A stretch of 61,927 bases of DNA, filler included, from Actinomycetota bacterium (GCA_046725875.1; 4 parts of 4 records of this genome joined end to end with filler, not necessarily neighbours in it), one strand, 5' to 3'. Counted from the first letter of the whole stretch, positions 1-10,131 are shown. Notes: generated by a model not told the origin, from the letters alone. Program-made: numbers and translations.

Positions 1-1
1 G

Positions 2-1600
2 GTGCCAGCCACGACCGGAAACAGGCTCCTTGGCGGGCGCTATCGCCTGGGTGAGTCGCTTGGGCGTGGCGGCATGGGTGTTGTCTGGGCCGGTCGGGAC
101 GAGGCGCTCGGCCGCGACGTGGCGATCAAGGAGGTTATTCCTCCGCCGGACCTCTCCGCCGAGGACCGTGACGAACTGCGGCGCCGGGCCCTTCGGGAAG
201 CCAGAGCGGCGGCGCGGATCTCGAGCCCTGCGGCCGTATCGGTGTACGACGTCGTCGAAGAAGACGGTCGTCCGTGGATCGTCATGCAACGCGTGCACGC
301 CCGGAGTCTTGCCGATGTGCTGCGCGACGACGGACCACTTTCTATTCGCCGAGCGGCGCAGGTGGGTCTGGACATCCTCGATGCCCTCCAGGCGGCCGCA
401 TCAGTCGGCGTCCTCCATCGCGACGTCAAACCGGCGAACGTCATGCTCCCTTCGACCGGACGCGCGGTTCTCACCGACTTCGGTATTGCGACCGTCGAAG
501 GCGACGCCACGGTCACAACGACTGGAGTGCTCCGCGGATCGCCGGCCTACATGTCGCCGGAGCGGGCACGCGGAGAACCCTCGACGCTGGCCTCCGACCT
601 GTGGTCCGTGGGAGCAACCCTGTATGCAGCCCTCACGGGAAATTCGCCATTCGAACGCTCCGGGACATTGGCGACGCTCAACTCACTACTCCATGACCCG
701 GTGCCCAGCCTTGACGACGCGGGCGAGCTCGGGCCGGTCATCTACTCATTGCTCGCGAAGGAGCCGACACAGCGGCCGAGTCTTGGCGAGGTTCGTTCGG
801 TGCTGCAGCATATCGCCGCTACTCCGCCAAAGCAGACCGCGCTCGAGGCGTGGTTCGAAGGGCCGGAACGCGCATTGACGATGCCTGGGCGACGAGACCG
901 TCGCGTGCTGACCGGTCTGCTCGTCGTTGGCCTTCTGCTGGCAGTCGGACTCGCAACTCTTGCCGCCTTCTACGTTCGACCCGCACCCGGAAAGGACGTG
1001 ACCAGTCCCGAGTCGCCATCGCCGACACCGGACACGGCGCTCACGCCATCGGCGAGTGCGTCAACGGAGGCTGATCAGCCGGGCGCCGCGACGCCACCGC
1101 CGACGCCCACCACAACGTCGCGGCATACCGCTAGTTCCAGCGATGCGGAGGCCGTGACGCTCCCTGCCGGCTTTCACCTGCACACCGACCCCACCGGCTT
1201 CAGGATCGCAGTTCCCGACGGCTGGATCCGGTCGACCGAGGGTCCACGCACCTACTTCAACGAACCAGGCGGCGGGCGCTTCCTGCTCGTCGACCAGACG
1301 ACCGAGCCGAAAGACGATCCGCTGACCGACTGGCAGGCCAGCGAGCCTGCCGTGGCGAATCGGCTGGCCGGCTATGAACGAATCTCGCTCGAACGGGTCG
1401 AGTACCGAGGCTGGGACACCGCGGACTGGGAGTTCACGTGGCAGGGTAGCCGCGGCCAGATCCACGTCCTCAACCGGAACGTGCGGGTTAGCGACGCCCG
1501 TGCCTATGCCTTGTACTGGTCAGTCCCCGAGCCGCAATGGGCCGAAAGCCGTGACATGTTCGACGTCATTGCACAGAGCTTCTGGCCAGCCAAGGACTGA
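2..1600 (+). CDS. Hanks-type Ser/Thr protein kinase with TM helix, Pro/Thr linker and extracytoplasmic C-terminal domain
   Basis: GRGGMG, VAIK, HRDVKPAN, DFG, GSPAYMSPE and DLWS motifs; hydrophobic LTGLLVVGLLLAVGLATLAAFYV. Start lies at the window edge and may be incomplete. Confidence 0.95.
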   Translation: MPATTGNRLLGGRYRLGESLGRGGMGVVWAGRDEALGRDVAIKEVIPPPDLSAEDRDELRRRALREARAAARISSPAAVSVYDVVEEDGRPWIVMQRVHARSLADVLRDDGPLSIRRAAQVGLDILDALQAAASVGVLHRDVKPANVMLPSTGRAVLTDFGIATVEGDATVTTTGVLRGSPAYMSPERARGEPSTLASDLWSVGATLYAALTGNSPFERSGTLATLNSLLHDPVPSLDDAGELGPVIYSLLAKEPTQRPSLGEVRSVLQHIAATPPKQTALEAWFEGPERALTMPGRRDRRVLTGLLVVGLLLAVGLATLAAFYVRPAPGKDVTSPESPSPTPDTALTPSASASTEADQPGAATPPPTPTTTSRHTASSSDAEAVTLPAGFHLHTDPTGFRIAVPDGWIRSTEGPRTYFNEPGGGRFLLVDQTTEPKDDPLTDWQASEPAVANRLAGYERISLERVEYRGWDTADWEFTWQGSRGQIHVLNRNVRVSDARAYALYWSVPEPQWAESRDMFDVIAQSFWPAKD

Positions 1601-1824
1601 CGAGCGCCACACCGTGGCGACCTCGCGGTGGGCGTGCCGGGCGAAGACCGCGAGCCACTGTGGGCTGCTGTGGGCTGTTTGGGGGCGACAATGGGATGCC
1701 GCCGAGCGTGCGACCGCCTTGGTCCCGCGGGCTCACCGGGGCTGACCGGAAACTCGCAGCGCACCATGGACACACCAGATGCCGTCGAGGAGATCGACGA
1801 TCAAGGGACCGCAAGGTCAGAGAG

Positions 1825-1897
1825 TGGGCCCCCCGGGACTCGAACCCGGAACCTACGGATTAAAAGTCCGCAGCTCTGCCTATTGAGCTAGAGGCCC
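1825..1897 (-). tRNA. tRNA-Lys(TTT)
   Basis: Reverse complement GGGCCTCTAGCTCAATAGGCAGAGC...GGACTTTTAATCC...GGTTCGAGTCCCGGGGGGCCCA; cloverleaf, anticodon TTT, no encoded CCA. Confidence 0.97.
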
Positions 1898-2004
1898 GCT
1901 GGCGGTCGTACACCAGACCAAGCAAACAACGCCCGCCGCGCGTCCAGGCTAGCGAGGTGCGCGGCGAGCAATCGAGCCCGTTCTTCGCTGACGTCGGCGG
2001 GCTG

Positions 2005-2421
2005 CTAGGAGATGTCGAAGAGCGGACCGGTGATCGTCAGGCCGAGGTCGTGGCCGACATGGGCGAAGAAGGCGAAGAGCATCAGTGCCGCACCGGCCAG
2101 GGCGATGTCCTTGTTGAACTGGACCTGCTCGTTGGCTCGTGCCTCGGGGGGCTCCCGCCAGAAGCCGTGCATCACGACGGCCGTCGGAACCAGGAAGGCG
2201 AGCAGGAACAGCGAGCCGAGATCGGCCCACAGGCCGAGCAGGACCATGAGACCGCCGGCGAGAATGAGCAGGCCGCCGACGAAGACCGCGACGACGGGAG
2301 AGGGCACACCCTTGCTGCCCGCGTAGCCGGCGAGTGCCCGGGTCGCCGTGAGGTGCCCGAGCGCGGAGTACAGGAACAAGCCACAGAAGAGAATCCGTCC
2401 GATCAGGACAATGATGTCCAC
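2005..2421 (-). CDS. DoxX family membrane protein
   Basis: LIGRILF...SALGH, HGFW and FNKDIALAGAAL motifs; 4 TM segments; AGGAGG RBS before GTG. Confidence 0.9.
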   Translation of the reverse strand: MDIIVLIGRILFCGLFLYSALGHLTATRALAGYAGSKGVPSPVVAVFVGGLLILAGGLMVLLGLWADLGSLFLLAFLVPTAVVMHGFWREPPEARANEQVQFNKDIALAGAALMLFAFFAHVGHDLGLTITGPLFDIS

Positions 2422-2434
2422 GCCGACCTCCTGC

Positions 2435-2452
2435 TAGTTGAGCGTGAAACTA
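2435..2452. promoter_or_regulatory. Possible operator palindrome upstream of DoxX (TAGTT-N8-AACTA)
   Basis: tagttgagcgtgaaacta just upstream of the DoxX RBS in an AT-richer patch. Confidence 0.3.
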
Positions 2453-2606
2453 ATCTTGGAACGAACATCATTTCGTGCCAGAGGTCGCGTTGGCTAGCGA
2501 ATCGCCGATCACATTTTTGCGATCATCTGAGCCGGCGCCGGAGGGCCGGCTGCTGCACCCCCGAAAGCTCGGGGACGGGTCCGCCGGCTAGTAGGACTCG
2601 CATCAA

Positions 2607-3920
2607 TTAGGGCGGCTGGGACTGCGCCAGGTCCACCAGCTCCGCGAGATGAATCGCCCGTACCTGCGACTTCGCCCGGCGGAGCTCTGTCTGCAGCTGC
2701 CGCAGGCAGCCTGGGTTGACCGCGACCACGAAGTCGACCCTGGCGTCCTCGATCTCCTTGAGTTTGGGGGCGAAGACCCGCCGTGCGTCGTCGCGCCGCA
2801 GCAAGGAGTACGTGCCAGCAGCGCCGCAGCAGCTTCCAGCCGATGGCTGCTCCACGTAGTCGGCGACCGCCGTCAAGATTTCTCGTGGCTCCGATACGAC
2901 GCCAAGCCCGTTCCGGAGATGACAGGAGTCCTGCAGGGTGACCCGCGCGGTTCGACCGCGGATCTTCAGCTTTCGAAACAGGGACGGGTCGCAGGTGGAC
3001 CGCAGCCAGGCGGAGAACTCGTACACCTGATCGCGGCCAAGCGTGGCGGCGAGATGCGCGGCACACCCGCCGGACGTGGTGACGATCGGTCCGGGCAGCG
3101 CCCGGCCGAGAGCTCGTGCCATCGCGCGGCCCTGCTCAAGCTCGCCGTTGTGTGCGTGCAAGGCGCCGCAGCAGCCCTGCCCGGACGGGCACCCAAGGAC
3201 CGGGGAGAGCCGCACCGCCGACCGAGACACGCCCGGGAAGAGCGCTCGCTCGAAACAGCCGAGCATCAGCGACGGACCCTCTCGCCGTGGGCGTGCAAGG
3301 TATGGCCAGCGCGACGTCCTCGCGAGCCGCGGATCGCGGTCGCGGGCATGCCGCCGGGCAATCCCCAGCAGCCGCACCCGCCAGCGGCGGGCGACGGCGA
3401 ACAGCAGCAGCCGTAGCAGCAGCGGGCGGCGGCGCCATTGGTGGCTGCGCCACTCCTCGAGCAGCGCGCCGTACTGGACACCGGCCGGGCAGACCGGCTC
3501 ACACGCCCGGCAACCGAGACAGAACGACGACTCCTCGCCGAGCGTCGGGTCGTCGTCAGGGAGCCGTCCCGACTCAAGAGCGCGCATGAGCGTGATCCGA
3601 CCGCGGGGCGAGGACGACTCGCGCCCGGTCAGCCGGTACGTCGGGCAACTTGGCAGGCAGAAGCCGCAGGAGATGCAGCGGCCGAGCAGTTCGGGCGTGA
3701 AGATGCCGCGTAGCTCGCCGGACGGTGTGCCGCTACTGTCCACCGCGCTCGCGGCCGGGGCCATGGCCGCCATCTCGAGTACGGAGGCTGGCAGCGCCGG
3801 CTGTTCAACCGCAAGGGAGCCGGCTCCGCTGCGCGCTTGGCGACCACGGACAGCACCGGCCAAGTCACGCGGCGGGAACTGGCCCTCGGGCGAGGCGCCG
3901 CTGGCGGCGTCGCCGCTCAC
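2607..3920 (-). CDS. glcF: Glycolate/D-lactate dehydrogenase Fe-S subunit (GlcF-like)
   Basis: Two CxxCxxCxxxCP motifs (CISCGFCLPSCP, CLGCRACEPVCP), SPRGRI, two CCG domains, QDSCHL; start overlaps the glcD stop. Confidence 0.88.
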   Translation of the reverse strand: MSGDAASGASPEGQFPPRDLAGAVRGRQARSGAGSLAVEQPALPASVLEMAAMAPAASAVDSSGTPSGELRGIFTPELLGRCISCGFCLPSCPTYRLTGRESSSPRGRITLMRALESGRLPDDDPTLGEESSFCLGCRACEPVCPAGVQYGALLEEWRSHQWRRRPLLLRLLLFAVARRWRVRLLGIARRHARDRDPRLARTSRWPYLARPRREGPSLMLGCFERALFPGVSRSAVRLSPVLGCPSGQGCCGALHAHNGELEQGRAMARALGRALPGPIVTTSGGCAAHLAATLGRDQVYEFSAWLRSTCDPSLFRKLKIRGRTARVTLQDSCHLRNGLGVVSEPREILTAVADYVEQPSAGSCCGAAGTYSLLRRDDARRVFAPKLKEIEDARVDFVVAVNPGCLRQLQTELRRAKSQVRAIHLAELVDLAQSQPP

Positions 3921-5323
3921 GAGCCGAGCTTCCCAGGATTGAGGATGCCAGCCGGGTCGAACGCGGCCTTCACCCGCCGCAGCAATGCCATCTGGTCAGC
4001 TCCAAGCCGCGCTTGTAGATACGGCAGCTTCGCCAGACCGACGCCGTGCTCGCCGCTGATGGTCCCACCGTAGTCGATCGCCGCGTGGAAGATCGCGCCG
4101 ATCGCCTTCTCGGCACGGCCAACCGCCTCCGAGTCGGCGCCGTCGACCACGACCGTTGGATGCAGGTTGCCGTCCCCAGCGTGCCCAAAAGTCCCGCATA
4201 GCACCTCGTGGTCGGTGGCGATCGCAGCGATCTGGTCAACCATCGGTGCGAGCAGCGGCCGGGGCACGCTGACATCCTCGAGCATCGTGATATTGCCGCG
4301 CCTGGACAGCGCGGGGAGCGAGCAGCGGCGAGCCGCGAGCAGCTCCTCGGACTGCGCCACGGTGCTCGCAATCTCGACACCGAAACCGTCGTTCTTCACA
4401 CACAAATCACCAAGGACGTCCAGGTGCCTGCTCACCGTCTCGGCGTCGCCGTCGTCGCCAAATAGGAGCAAGGCACCGGCGCCGGTATCGAGGCCGAGCT
4501 CGGCGTACTCCTCCACTGCCCCGATGCAGGTCTGGTCGAGGAACTCCAGCGTCGCCGGCACCATGCCGGCGGCCGTGGTGGCGGCCACCGCGCGGGAGGC
4601 ATCGGCGAGCGTGGAGAAGTACGCCAGACCGGTGCCGCTGGTGGGCGCCAGCGGCATCAGCGCCAGCGTTACCTCCGTGATGACGCCCAGCGTCCCTTCC
4701 GAACCGCAGATGAGTCGGGTCAGGTCGTAACCAGCGACGTCCTTGGCCAGCCGCCCACCACAGCGGATCACCTCACCGGTCGCCAGAACCGCCTCGATGC
4801 CGAGGACGTAGTTGCGGGTGACGCCATATTTCAGACCCCGCAGGCCGCCCGCGTTCGTGCCGACGTTACCGCCGATCGTGGAGACCTGACGGGAGCCTGG
4901 ATCCGGAACGTACAGGAGACCATGGCGCGCCGCCTCGGCGGTCAGGTCGTTGTTCACTACACCCGGCTCACATACGGCGAGCATCTCGTCGGGGGAGACC
5001 TCCTTGATCCGGTTCATCCGGCTCAGGCCGACGACGATGCCACCCCGGATCGGTACGGTCGCGGCGCATAGGTTGGAGCCGGCACCACGCGGGACTACGG
5101 GGACGCGGCGGGCGGTCGCGAGCCGGAGGATCCCCGAGATCTCGGCCGCCGTGCGGGGAAGCACGACCGCATCCGGGCGATGCCGGTAGAGCGGCGTGGC
5201 GTCTCGGGAGTATGCCTCGAGCTCGCCGTCGGCCGTTTGCACCCATTCGGCACCGACAATGCGTTGGAGGTCCGCGATGATGGTGTCGTCGACGGTCCCG
5301 AAGTCCGCGATCGTCTCGGGCAA
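3917..5323 (-). CDS. glcD: FAD-linked oxidase, glycolate/D-lactate dehydrogenase subunit GlcD
   Basis: PRGAGSNL, PDPGS, NAGGLRGLKYGVT, GSEGTLG, GHAGDGNLHP, GEHGVG, DPAGILNPGK. Start placed at TTG after GGAGG; ATG at 5344 is an alternative. Confidence 0.92.
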   Translation of the reverse strand: MPETIADFGTVDDTIIADLQRIVGAEWVQTADGELEAYSRDATPLYRHRPDAVVLPRTAAEISGILRLATARRVPVVPRGAGSNLCAATVPIRGGIVVGLSRMNRIKEVSPDEMLAVCEPGVVNNDLTAEAARHGLLYVPDPGSRQVSTIGGNVGTNAGGLRGLKYGVTRNYVLGIEAVLATGEVIRCGGRLAKDVAGYDLTRLICGSEGTLGVITEVTLALMPLAPTSGTGLAYFSTLADASRAVAATTAAGMVPATLEFLDQTCIGAVEEYAELGLDTGAGALLLFGDDGDAETVSRHLDVLGDLCVKNDGFGVEIASTVAQSEELLAARRCSLPALSRRGNITMLEDVSVPRPLLAPMVDQIAAIATDHEVLCGTFGHAGDGNLHPTVVVDGADSEAVGRAEKAIGAIFHAAIDYGGTISGEHGVGLAKLPYLQARLGADQMALLRRVKAAFDPAGILNPGKLGS

Positions 5324-5410
5324 GGTAAGCCACCTCCCCGCCATGTTGGGGGTCCGCCCGCCGGGCTTGTGCATGGCGGCTGCCGGGCACACCTGCGGGT
5401 ACCCGGGTCC

Positions 5411-5427
5411 GTGTAAGACACTTACAC
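5411..5427. promoter_or_regulatory. Perfect 7-3-7 inverted repeat GTGTAAG-ACA-CTTACAC; candidate RpiR operator
   Basis: Lies between divergent glcD and the RpiR gene. Confidence 0.55.
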
Positions 5428-5538
5428 AGAAGCCGGTGGTCGTGAAGTTCACGGCGTATGGTCGTAGATCAACGCCGTCGCTTGGCGCGGATGGCTCTGC
5501 GAGCCTGATGCTGGAGACCAGGCGGAGGAGGGGGGCGC

Positions 5539-6441
5539 GTGGTGGATACAGCAACGGCGGCGCATGGCTCGGTCGGGACCCTGGTCCGCCTACGCGGCAT
5601 GCTGCCATCACTGCGGCCGGCCGAGCGACGGGTTGCCCAGGCCGTACTCGCCGATCCGATGAGTGTTGCCGAGCGGTCCATCAGTGCGCTTGCCCGGCAA
5701 TGCAAGACCTCGGAGACGACGGTCCTGCGGTTCTGCCGCGCGGTTGGGCTGAAAGGCTACCCCGAGCTGCGCATCGCGCTCGCCCGGGAGGCCACGCTCG
5801 AAGGAGCCGAGGCCCCCGGCGGCAAGCCGCTCGGCGGCGACATCACCGCCAATGACCCGCTCGAAGAGATCGTCGCCAAGATCGGCTATTCGGACTCGCG
5901 GGCAGTCGCCGAGACGACCGATCACTTGGACGTTGCTGCGCTCGGCAAGGCCGTCGACGCGATCGTGACGGCGAATCGGGTGGACGTCTACGGCGTCGGC
6001 GCGAGTGGTTTCGTGGCCGCCGACCTGCACCAGAAGTTGCACCGAATCGGCCGGATCACCTTCGTCTGGAGCGAGGGCAATGCCGCGCTCACCTCAGCGG
6101 CGTTGCTCCGAAAAGGTGATGTCGCCATCGGCATTTCGCACACCGGCAGCGCGATCGAAACGATCGAGGCGCTGCGGGTCGCCGCCGCGCGCGGCGCCAC
6201 GACGGTGGCGATCACTAACTTCGAGCCGTCGCCCATCACCGAGATGGCAGAGATCGTCCTCAAGACCGCCGCCCGGGAGACGACATTCAGATCAGGCGCG
6301 ATGGCGAGCCGAATCACTCAGCTCACCCTGATCGACTGCCTGTTCGTAGGCGTCGCGCAGCGAACCTATGACGAGACGGTTGCCGCGCTCGCGGAGATCT
6401 TCGACGTGGTGCACACTCGGCGCACTCCCCCTCCTGTCTAG
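5539..6441 (+). CDS. MurR/RpiR family transcriptional regulator (HTH + SIS)
   Basis: SETTVLRFCRAVGLKGYPELR HTH; YGVGAS, ISHTG, TTFRSGAMASRITQL in SIS domain; GGAGG RBS. Confidence 0.95.
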   Translation: MVDTATAAHGSVGTLVRLRGMLPSLRPAERRVAQAVLADPMSVAERSISALARQCKTSETTVLRFCRAVGLKGYPELRIALAREATLEGAEAPGGKPLGGDITANDPLEEIVAKIGYSDSRAVAETTDHLDVAALGKAVDAIVTANRVDVYGVGASGFVAADLHQKLHRIGRITFVWSEGNAALTSAALLRKGDVAIGISHTGSAIETIEALRVAAARGATTVAITNFEPSPITEMAEIVLKTAARETTFRSGAMASRITQLTLIDCLFVGVAQRTYDETVAALAEIFDVVHTRRTPPPV

Positions 6442-6489
6442 GCGTGGCGCTCGACGCCGGAGTCCTCGACGACCGATACGCCACGCCGA

Positions 6490-6840
6490 TCAGGCGTAGC
6501 CCAGCTCGTGCAGGCGGGCGTCGGAGATGCCGAAGTGGTGGGCGACCTCATGTACGACGGTGATCTCCACCTCGGCCACGACGTCCTCCCGCGTCGCACA
6601 GATGCGTAGGGTGGGATTGCGGAAGATGAGGATGCGGTCCGGGAGCACCCCGCCGTACCACGCGCCGCGTTCGGTCAGCGGAACACCGTTATAGAGACCG
6701 AGCAGGTCCGGGTCGTCCGGCGGAGGATCGTCCTCGACGAGGACGACGACGTTGCGCATCAGCGCAGTCAGCTCGGGCGGGATCTGGTCGAGCGCCTCGC
6801 TGACGAGGTCCTCGAACTCCTCCCGCGACATCTCGAGCAC
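6490..6840 (-). CDS. Zincin-like metallopeptidase (DUF1025 type)
   Basis: LLGLYNGVPLTER, LPDRILIFR, HEVAHHFG; likely start GTG 6840, upstream ORF extension looks like shadow. Confidence 0.9.
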   Translation of the reverse strand: MLEMSREEFEDLVSEALDQIPPELTALMRNVVVLVEDDPPPDDPDLLGLYNGVPLTERGAWYGGVLPDRILIFRNPTLRICATREDVVAEVEITVVHEVAHHFGISDARLHELGYA

Positions 6841-6928
6841 TGCGCAATTGTCGCTGACCCGGTCCGGGCACAAGAGGTAAGCAGGGGGTCCTAAGAGCCG
6901 CTGCCTGGCCGCGGGGGAAAGGAGGAGT

Positions 6929-8521
6929 GTGAGCGACGTCCAGCGGACGCCCACGCTATGGGTGATCCTCCGCCAGCGGATTAGAGGGACGGCGCAGGCG
7001 GTCGCCCGGACCGCGGGTTCCAGCCTCCGCCCGGCGGGTGCCACATTCCGTGGCCGGCGTGCCCACCGGATAGGTCGCTCGCTCGGTGGTGTACGGATGG
7101 CCCGGGTGCTCGGCATGTTGGCCGGCGGACTGGTCGGCGCCTGGCTGGGAATCCTCGTCGCCGGCACTGTCGACGCGCCGGTCGGTCCGGTCGAGACCAA
7201 CATGCGGCTTGCCCCTGCCATCACCGGCGAGACCCGAGTCGACATCGCGCCGCTTGGCGCTCTGACGCTGGACAGCCACGACGCGCCCGTCGACATTCGG
7301 GTCGACGTCAGCCAGCTGAACGAGGCCGCCACCCGGCAGATCATCAACAATCCGAGTCGGCTCCAGACGCTGGCCGAGGATCTGACTCACGACGTACGAG
7401 ACGGCATTGTTCGGCTGATCTTGCGCAGCCTGTTGGTAGCGACGGCTGGCGGAATCGTCGTCGGCTTGGTCCTGTGGCGGCGCAACTGGCGGCGGGTCCT
7501 CATCACTGGCGGGGTCGCGCTTGGCGCGGTCGTGGGCAGCGCTGGGCTCGGCGCTGCGACCTGGAATCCGCAGTCGGTGGCCGAGCCGCGATTCTCCGGT
7601 CTCCTCGCGAGCGCACCGTCGGTGATCGGCAGCGCGCAGAACATCGTCCGCAACTTTGGCAACTACGAGCAGGAACTTGCCAAGCTCGTGACGAACGTCT
7701 CCCGCTTGTATGACACGGCAAGCGCCCTCCCCGCCGCGCCCGATCCGTCGACAATTCGCGTCTTGCACGTGTCGGACATCCATCTGAACCCGGCGGCCTT
7801 CGAGATCATCAAACCGCTGCTTCAGCAGTACGACATCGACTTCATCGTCGACTCGGGGGACCTGACCGATCACGGGTCGGCGCCGGAGAACCGGTTCGTG
7901 GACGATATCGGAACGCTAGGCGTGCCGTACGTGTTCATACGCGGCAACCACGACTCGCTCACGACGCAGGACGGCGTTGAACGGCAACGCAACGCGATCG
8001 TGCTCCAAGGCGATACGGTGACGGTCGCCGGTTTGCAATTGATCGGTGCCGGCGACCCGCGCTTCACACCCGATCGGTCGGTCGCGGCGAACGACGAGTC
8101 GGTCGTCGAGGAGGGCCAGCGGCTCGCTGCGAAGATACCCTTCGGCACGCGACCGCCGGACGTCGCCATCGTCCATGATCCGACGGCCGCCGCGGCATTG
8201 GACGGACGGGTTCCGCTCGTTCTCGCCGGGCACACACACCGCCGGTCAACGCGGATCATGCAGTCGGGAACCCGGCTCTTCGTTCAGGGGTCGACCGGTG
8301 GCGCCGGGCTCCGCGCGCTGGAATCCGAGGCGCCGACGCCGATCGAGTGCTCGGTCCTCTATTTCGACCGGACGACGAAGCGACTTGTCGCTTGGGACAA
8401 TGTGACGGTCAGCGGCCTCGGAGCGGAACCGACGTCGACGATCACTCGGCAACAGGCCGAACCCGAAGAAGCCGGCGTCGTTACGCCCTCGCCGACCCCG
8501 TCTACGTCACTCGGTGATTAG
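6929..8521 (+). CDS. Membrane-anchored metallophosphoesterase
   Basis: VSDIH, SGDLTD, RGNHD, AGHTH motifs; N-terminal TM segments; AGGAGG before GTG (alternative start 7097). Confidence 0.92.
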   Translation: MSDVQRTPTLWVILRQRIRGTAQAVARTAGSSLRPAGATFRGRRAHRIGRSLGGVRMARVLGMLAGGLVGAWLGILVAGTVDAPVGPVETNMRLAPAITGETRVDIAPLGALTLDSHDAPVDIRVDVSQLNEAATRQIINNPSRLQTLAEDLTHDVRDGIVRLILRSLLVATAGGIVVGLVLWRRNWRRVLITGGVALGAVVGSAGLGAATWNPQSVAEPRFSGLLASAPSVIGSAQNIVRNFGNYEQELAKLVTNVSRLYDTASALPAAPDPSTIRVLHVSDIHLNPAAFEIIKPLLQQYDIDFIVDSGDLTDHGSAPENRFVDDIGTLGVPYVFIRGNHDSLTTQDGVERQRNAIVLQGDTVTVAGLQLIGAGDPRFTPDRSVAANDESVVEEGQRLAAKIPFGTRPPDVAIVHDPTAAAALDGRVPLVLAGHTHRRSTRIMQSGTRLFVQGSTGGAGLRALESEAPTPIECSVLYFDRTTKRLVAWDNVTVSGLGAEPTSTITRQQAEPEEAGVVTPSPTPSTSLGD

Positions 8522-8734
8522 ACACGCATCAGGCACTGACGCGACCCCTCGCGAGGTACGACCTACGCCGCGGATTCCTGGTGCCTGGGACCATATCCCG
8601 TACGTACAGTCCGGTCGCCGGGCATCGGGAGGCGTCGACCGGCGCGGCCGAATCGAGCTAGGGCGATCACATCACGGCCACACGGCACGTCCGCGAGCAA
8701 ATTCCGGCACGTGGTTCCGGTTGTCGATCAGGCC

Positions 8735-8870
8735 GAGGCATTCCTGCTGTACTTCGATCACGGGTTGGATCGGACTGTGGCAGTTCTGCAGCACGAATTC
8801 TGCGATTCCGTGATGCTGCAGTGCCGTACTTTGATCCAAATCGTGATCAAAGTACGGCGAGGATGCCTTC
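8735..8870. repeat. Nested palindromic (REP/REPIN-like) element
   Basis: Perfect 14-bp IR GCCGTACTTTGATC/GATCAAAGTACGGC (8823-8858); degenerate inverted copy at ~8744-8782; central CTGCAGCA...TGCTGCAG stem. Confidence 0.6.
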
Positions 8871-9236
8871 GTTTGATCCAAACGGAGCGAGCCGTACCGC
8901 ATGAGCACCATGACTTGATCCACCTGCTGTATGTCGTGACGCACGACTGCCACGATCTGATCCGGATCGCGGGTAGCACGTCTCCGGGTTTACGGCCTCG
9001 TTCCGGATCTTTGCCTCGGGTGTTCCCGCGGTGTAGGTGTACCTGTGGCCCCAGATGGCGCTTCGGGTGGGCAGATTCCAGTCCTCGGTCGGGCCTGTGG
9101 TGGAGCCGGTGGGTCAGTCCGGGAGGGGTTGGGTTCGCCGCCGGCGAGGATCTCGGATAGGATCTGTGGCCCCGCGGGCGCCGCCGGACCGGTGCGTCGC
9201 TCCCGTCGACCGGAACGGCTCGCCGGTCGAGCCGGC

Positions 9237-9917
9237 TCAACTCGGGAATTGCGCGCGATAGCTGCTGCGGAGTCGACCGACCCTCCGGTAGCCCATCGCA
9301 CCAAGCATCGCCGCTGTCGCCAGCGCCACCAGGAGCCCGATCGCCACCTGCAGCTCGACCGCTGCGCCGAGAGCCTGGCAAACGATGACCACGAACACAC
9401 CGGCGACCAACGAGTCGATGACGCCGATGATCACCGGCGAGCCGGAGAGCAGGTGGCTCACTCCCACATCCGTGCGGAAGCTGTAGGTCTGGAGCACGCC
9501 GCGTTCGTCGTCGTGATGGCTGGTAATAAAGAAGTGATCAAGCTCCGGTGCAAGCTCATGATAGGCATGGCGCAGTCGGTTCATCCCCACAACCAGCCAC
9601 GCGTCCTCGATATCGGCTTCGACCAGTCGTATGAATGTGCCCAATCCAAGAAGGAGCACGATCGGAAGCACAAGGAGTGCGAAAACGCGGAAGCCTTGGC
9701 CGAAATCTGTCGCCTGCGACACGAGGGAGAGTGCAACGACGGTGGCAGAAACGACCGTGAGGAAGGTACCCGTCCGGCTAAAGATCTCGTTCCAGGTCAT
9801 GCTGCGGGTCGCGAGCAGGCTCCAGTGTTCGGTCGCCAGGATCTGAGCGCGTATTGGTACGGCCGGGTCACCGTGATCGAGCGATGGTGGTGGTTTCGTG
9901 GATGGGTCGTGCTTCAT
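9237..9917 (-). CDS. Hypothetical 4-TM membrane protein
   Basis: AGGAGG RBS, GC3-biased codons, hydrophobic segments, ILATEHWSLLATRS N-terminal block. Confidence 0.8.
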   Translation of the reverse strand: MKHDPSTKPPPSLDHGDPAVPIRAQILATEHWSLLATRSMTWNEIFSRTGTFLTVVSATVVALSLVSQATDFGQGFRVFALLVLPIVLLLGLGTFIRLVEADIEDAWLVVGMNRLRHAYHELAPELDHFFITSHHDDERGVLQTYSFRTDVGVSHLLSGSPVIIGVIDSLVAGVFVVIVCQALGAAVELQVAIGLLVALATAAMLGAMGYRRVGRLRSSYRAQFPS

Positions 9918-10131
9918 CGGTCCCTCCTGATAGGCCTGTCAGTCCCCGCGGCCGCCTGCGCCGCGTGTCGCGGCCGAGGAAGACCACATCTACCAGGGAA
10001 TGACAACGAATGCGGGTCCAGAGGCGCTTGCTTGTTCCTCATCCCGTCGGTGCCCAGCTGTGCGACCCGCTCGCGCTGGCGGTGAGGGCGTCCACCCCCG
10101 CCGGGAGGACCCCCGAAGGATGGGGGAAGGC

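Noticed and set aside
8672..9160. ORFs 8672-8953(-) and 8711-9160(+)
   Set aside because: Mutually antisense, no RBS or known motif; openness is better explained by the palindromic element.
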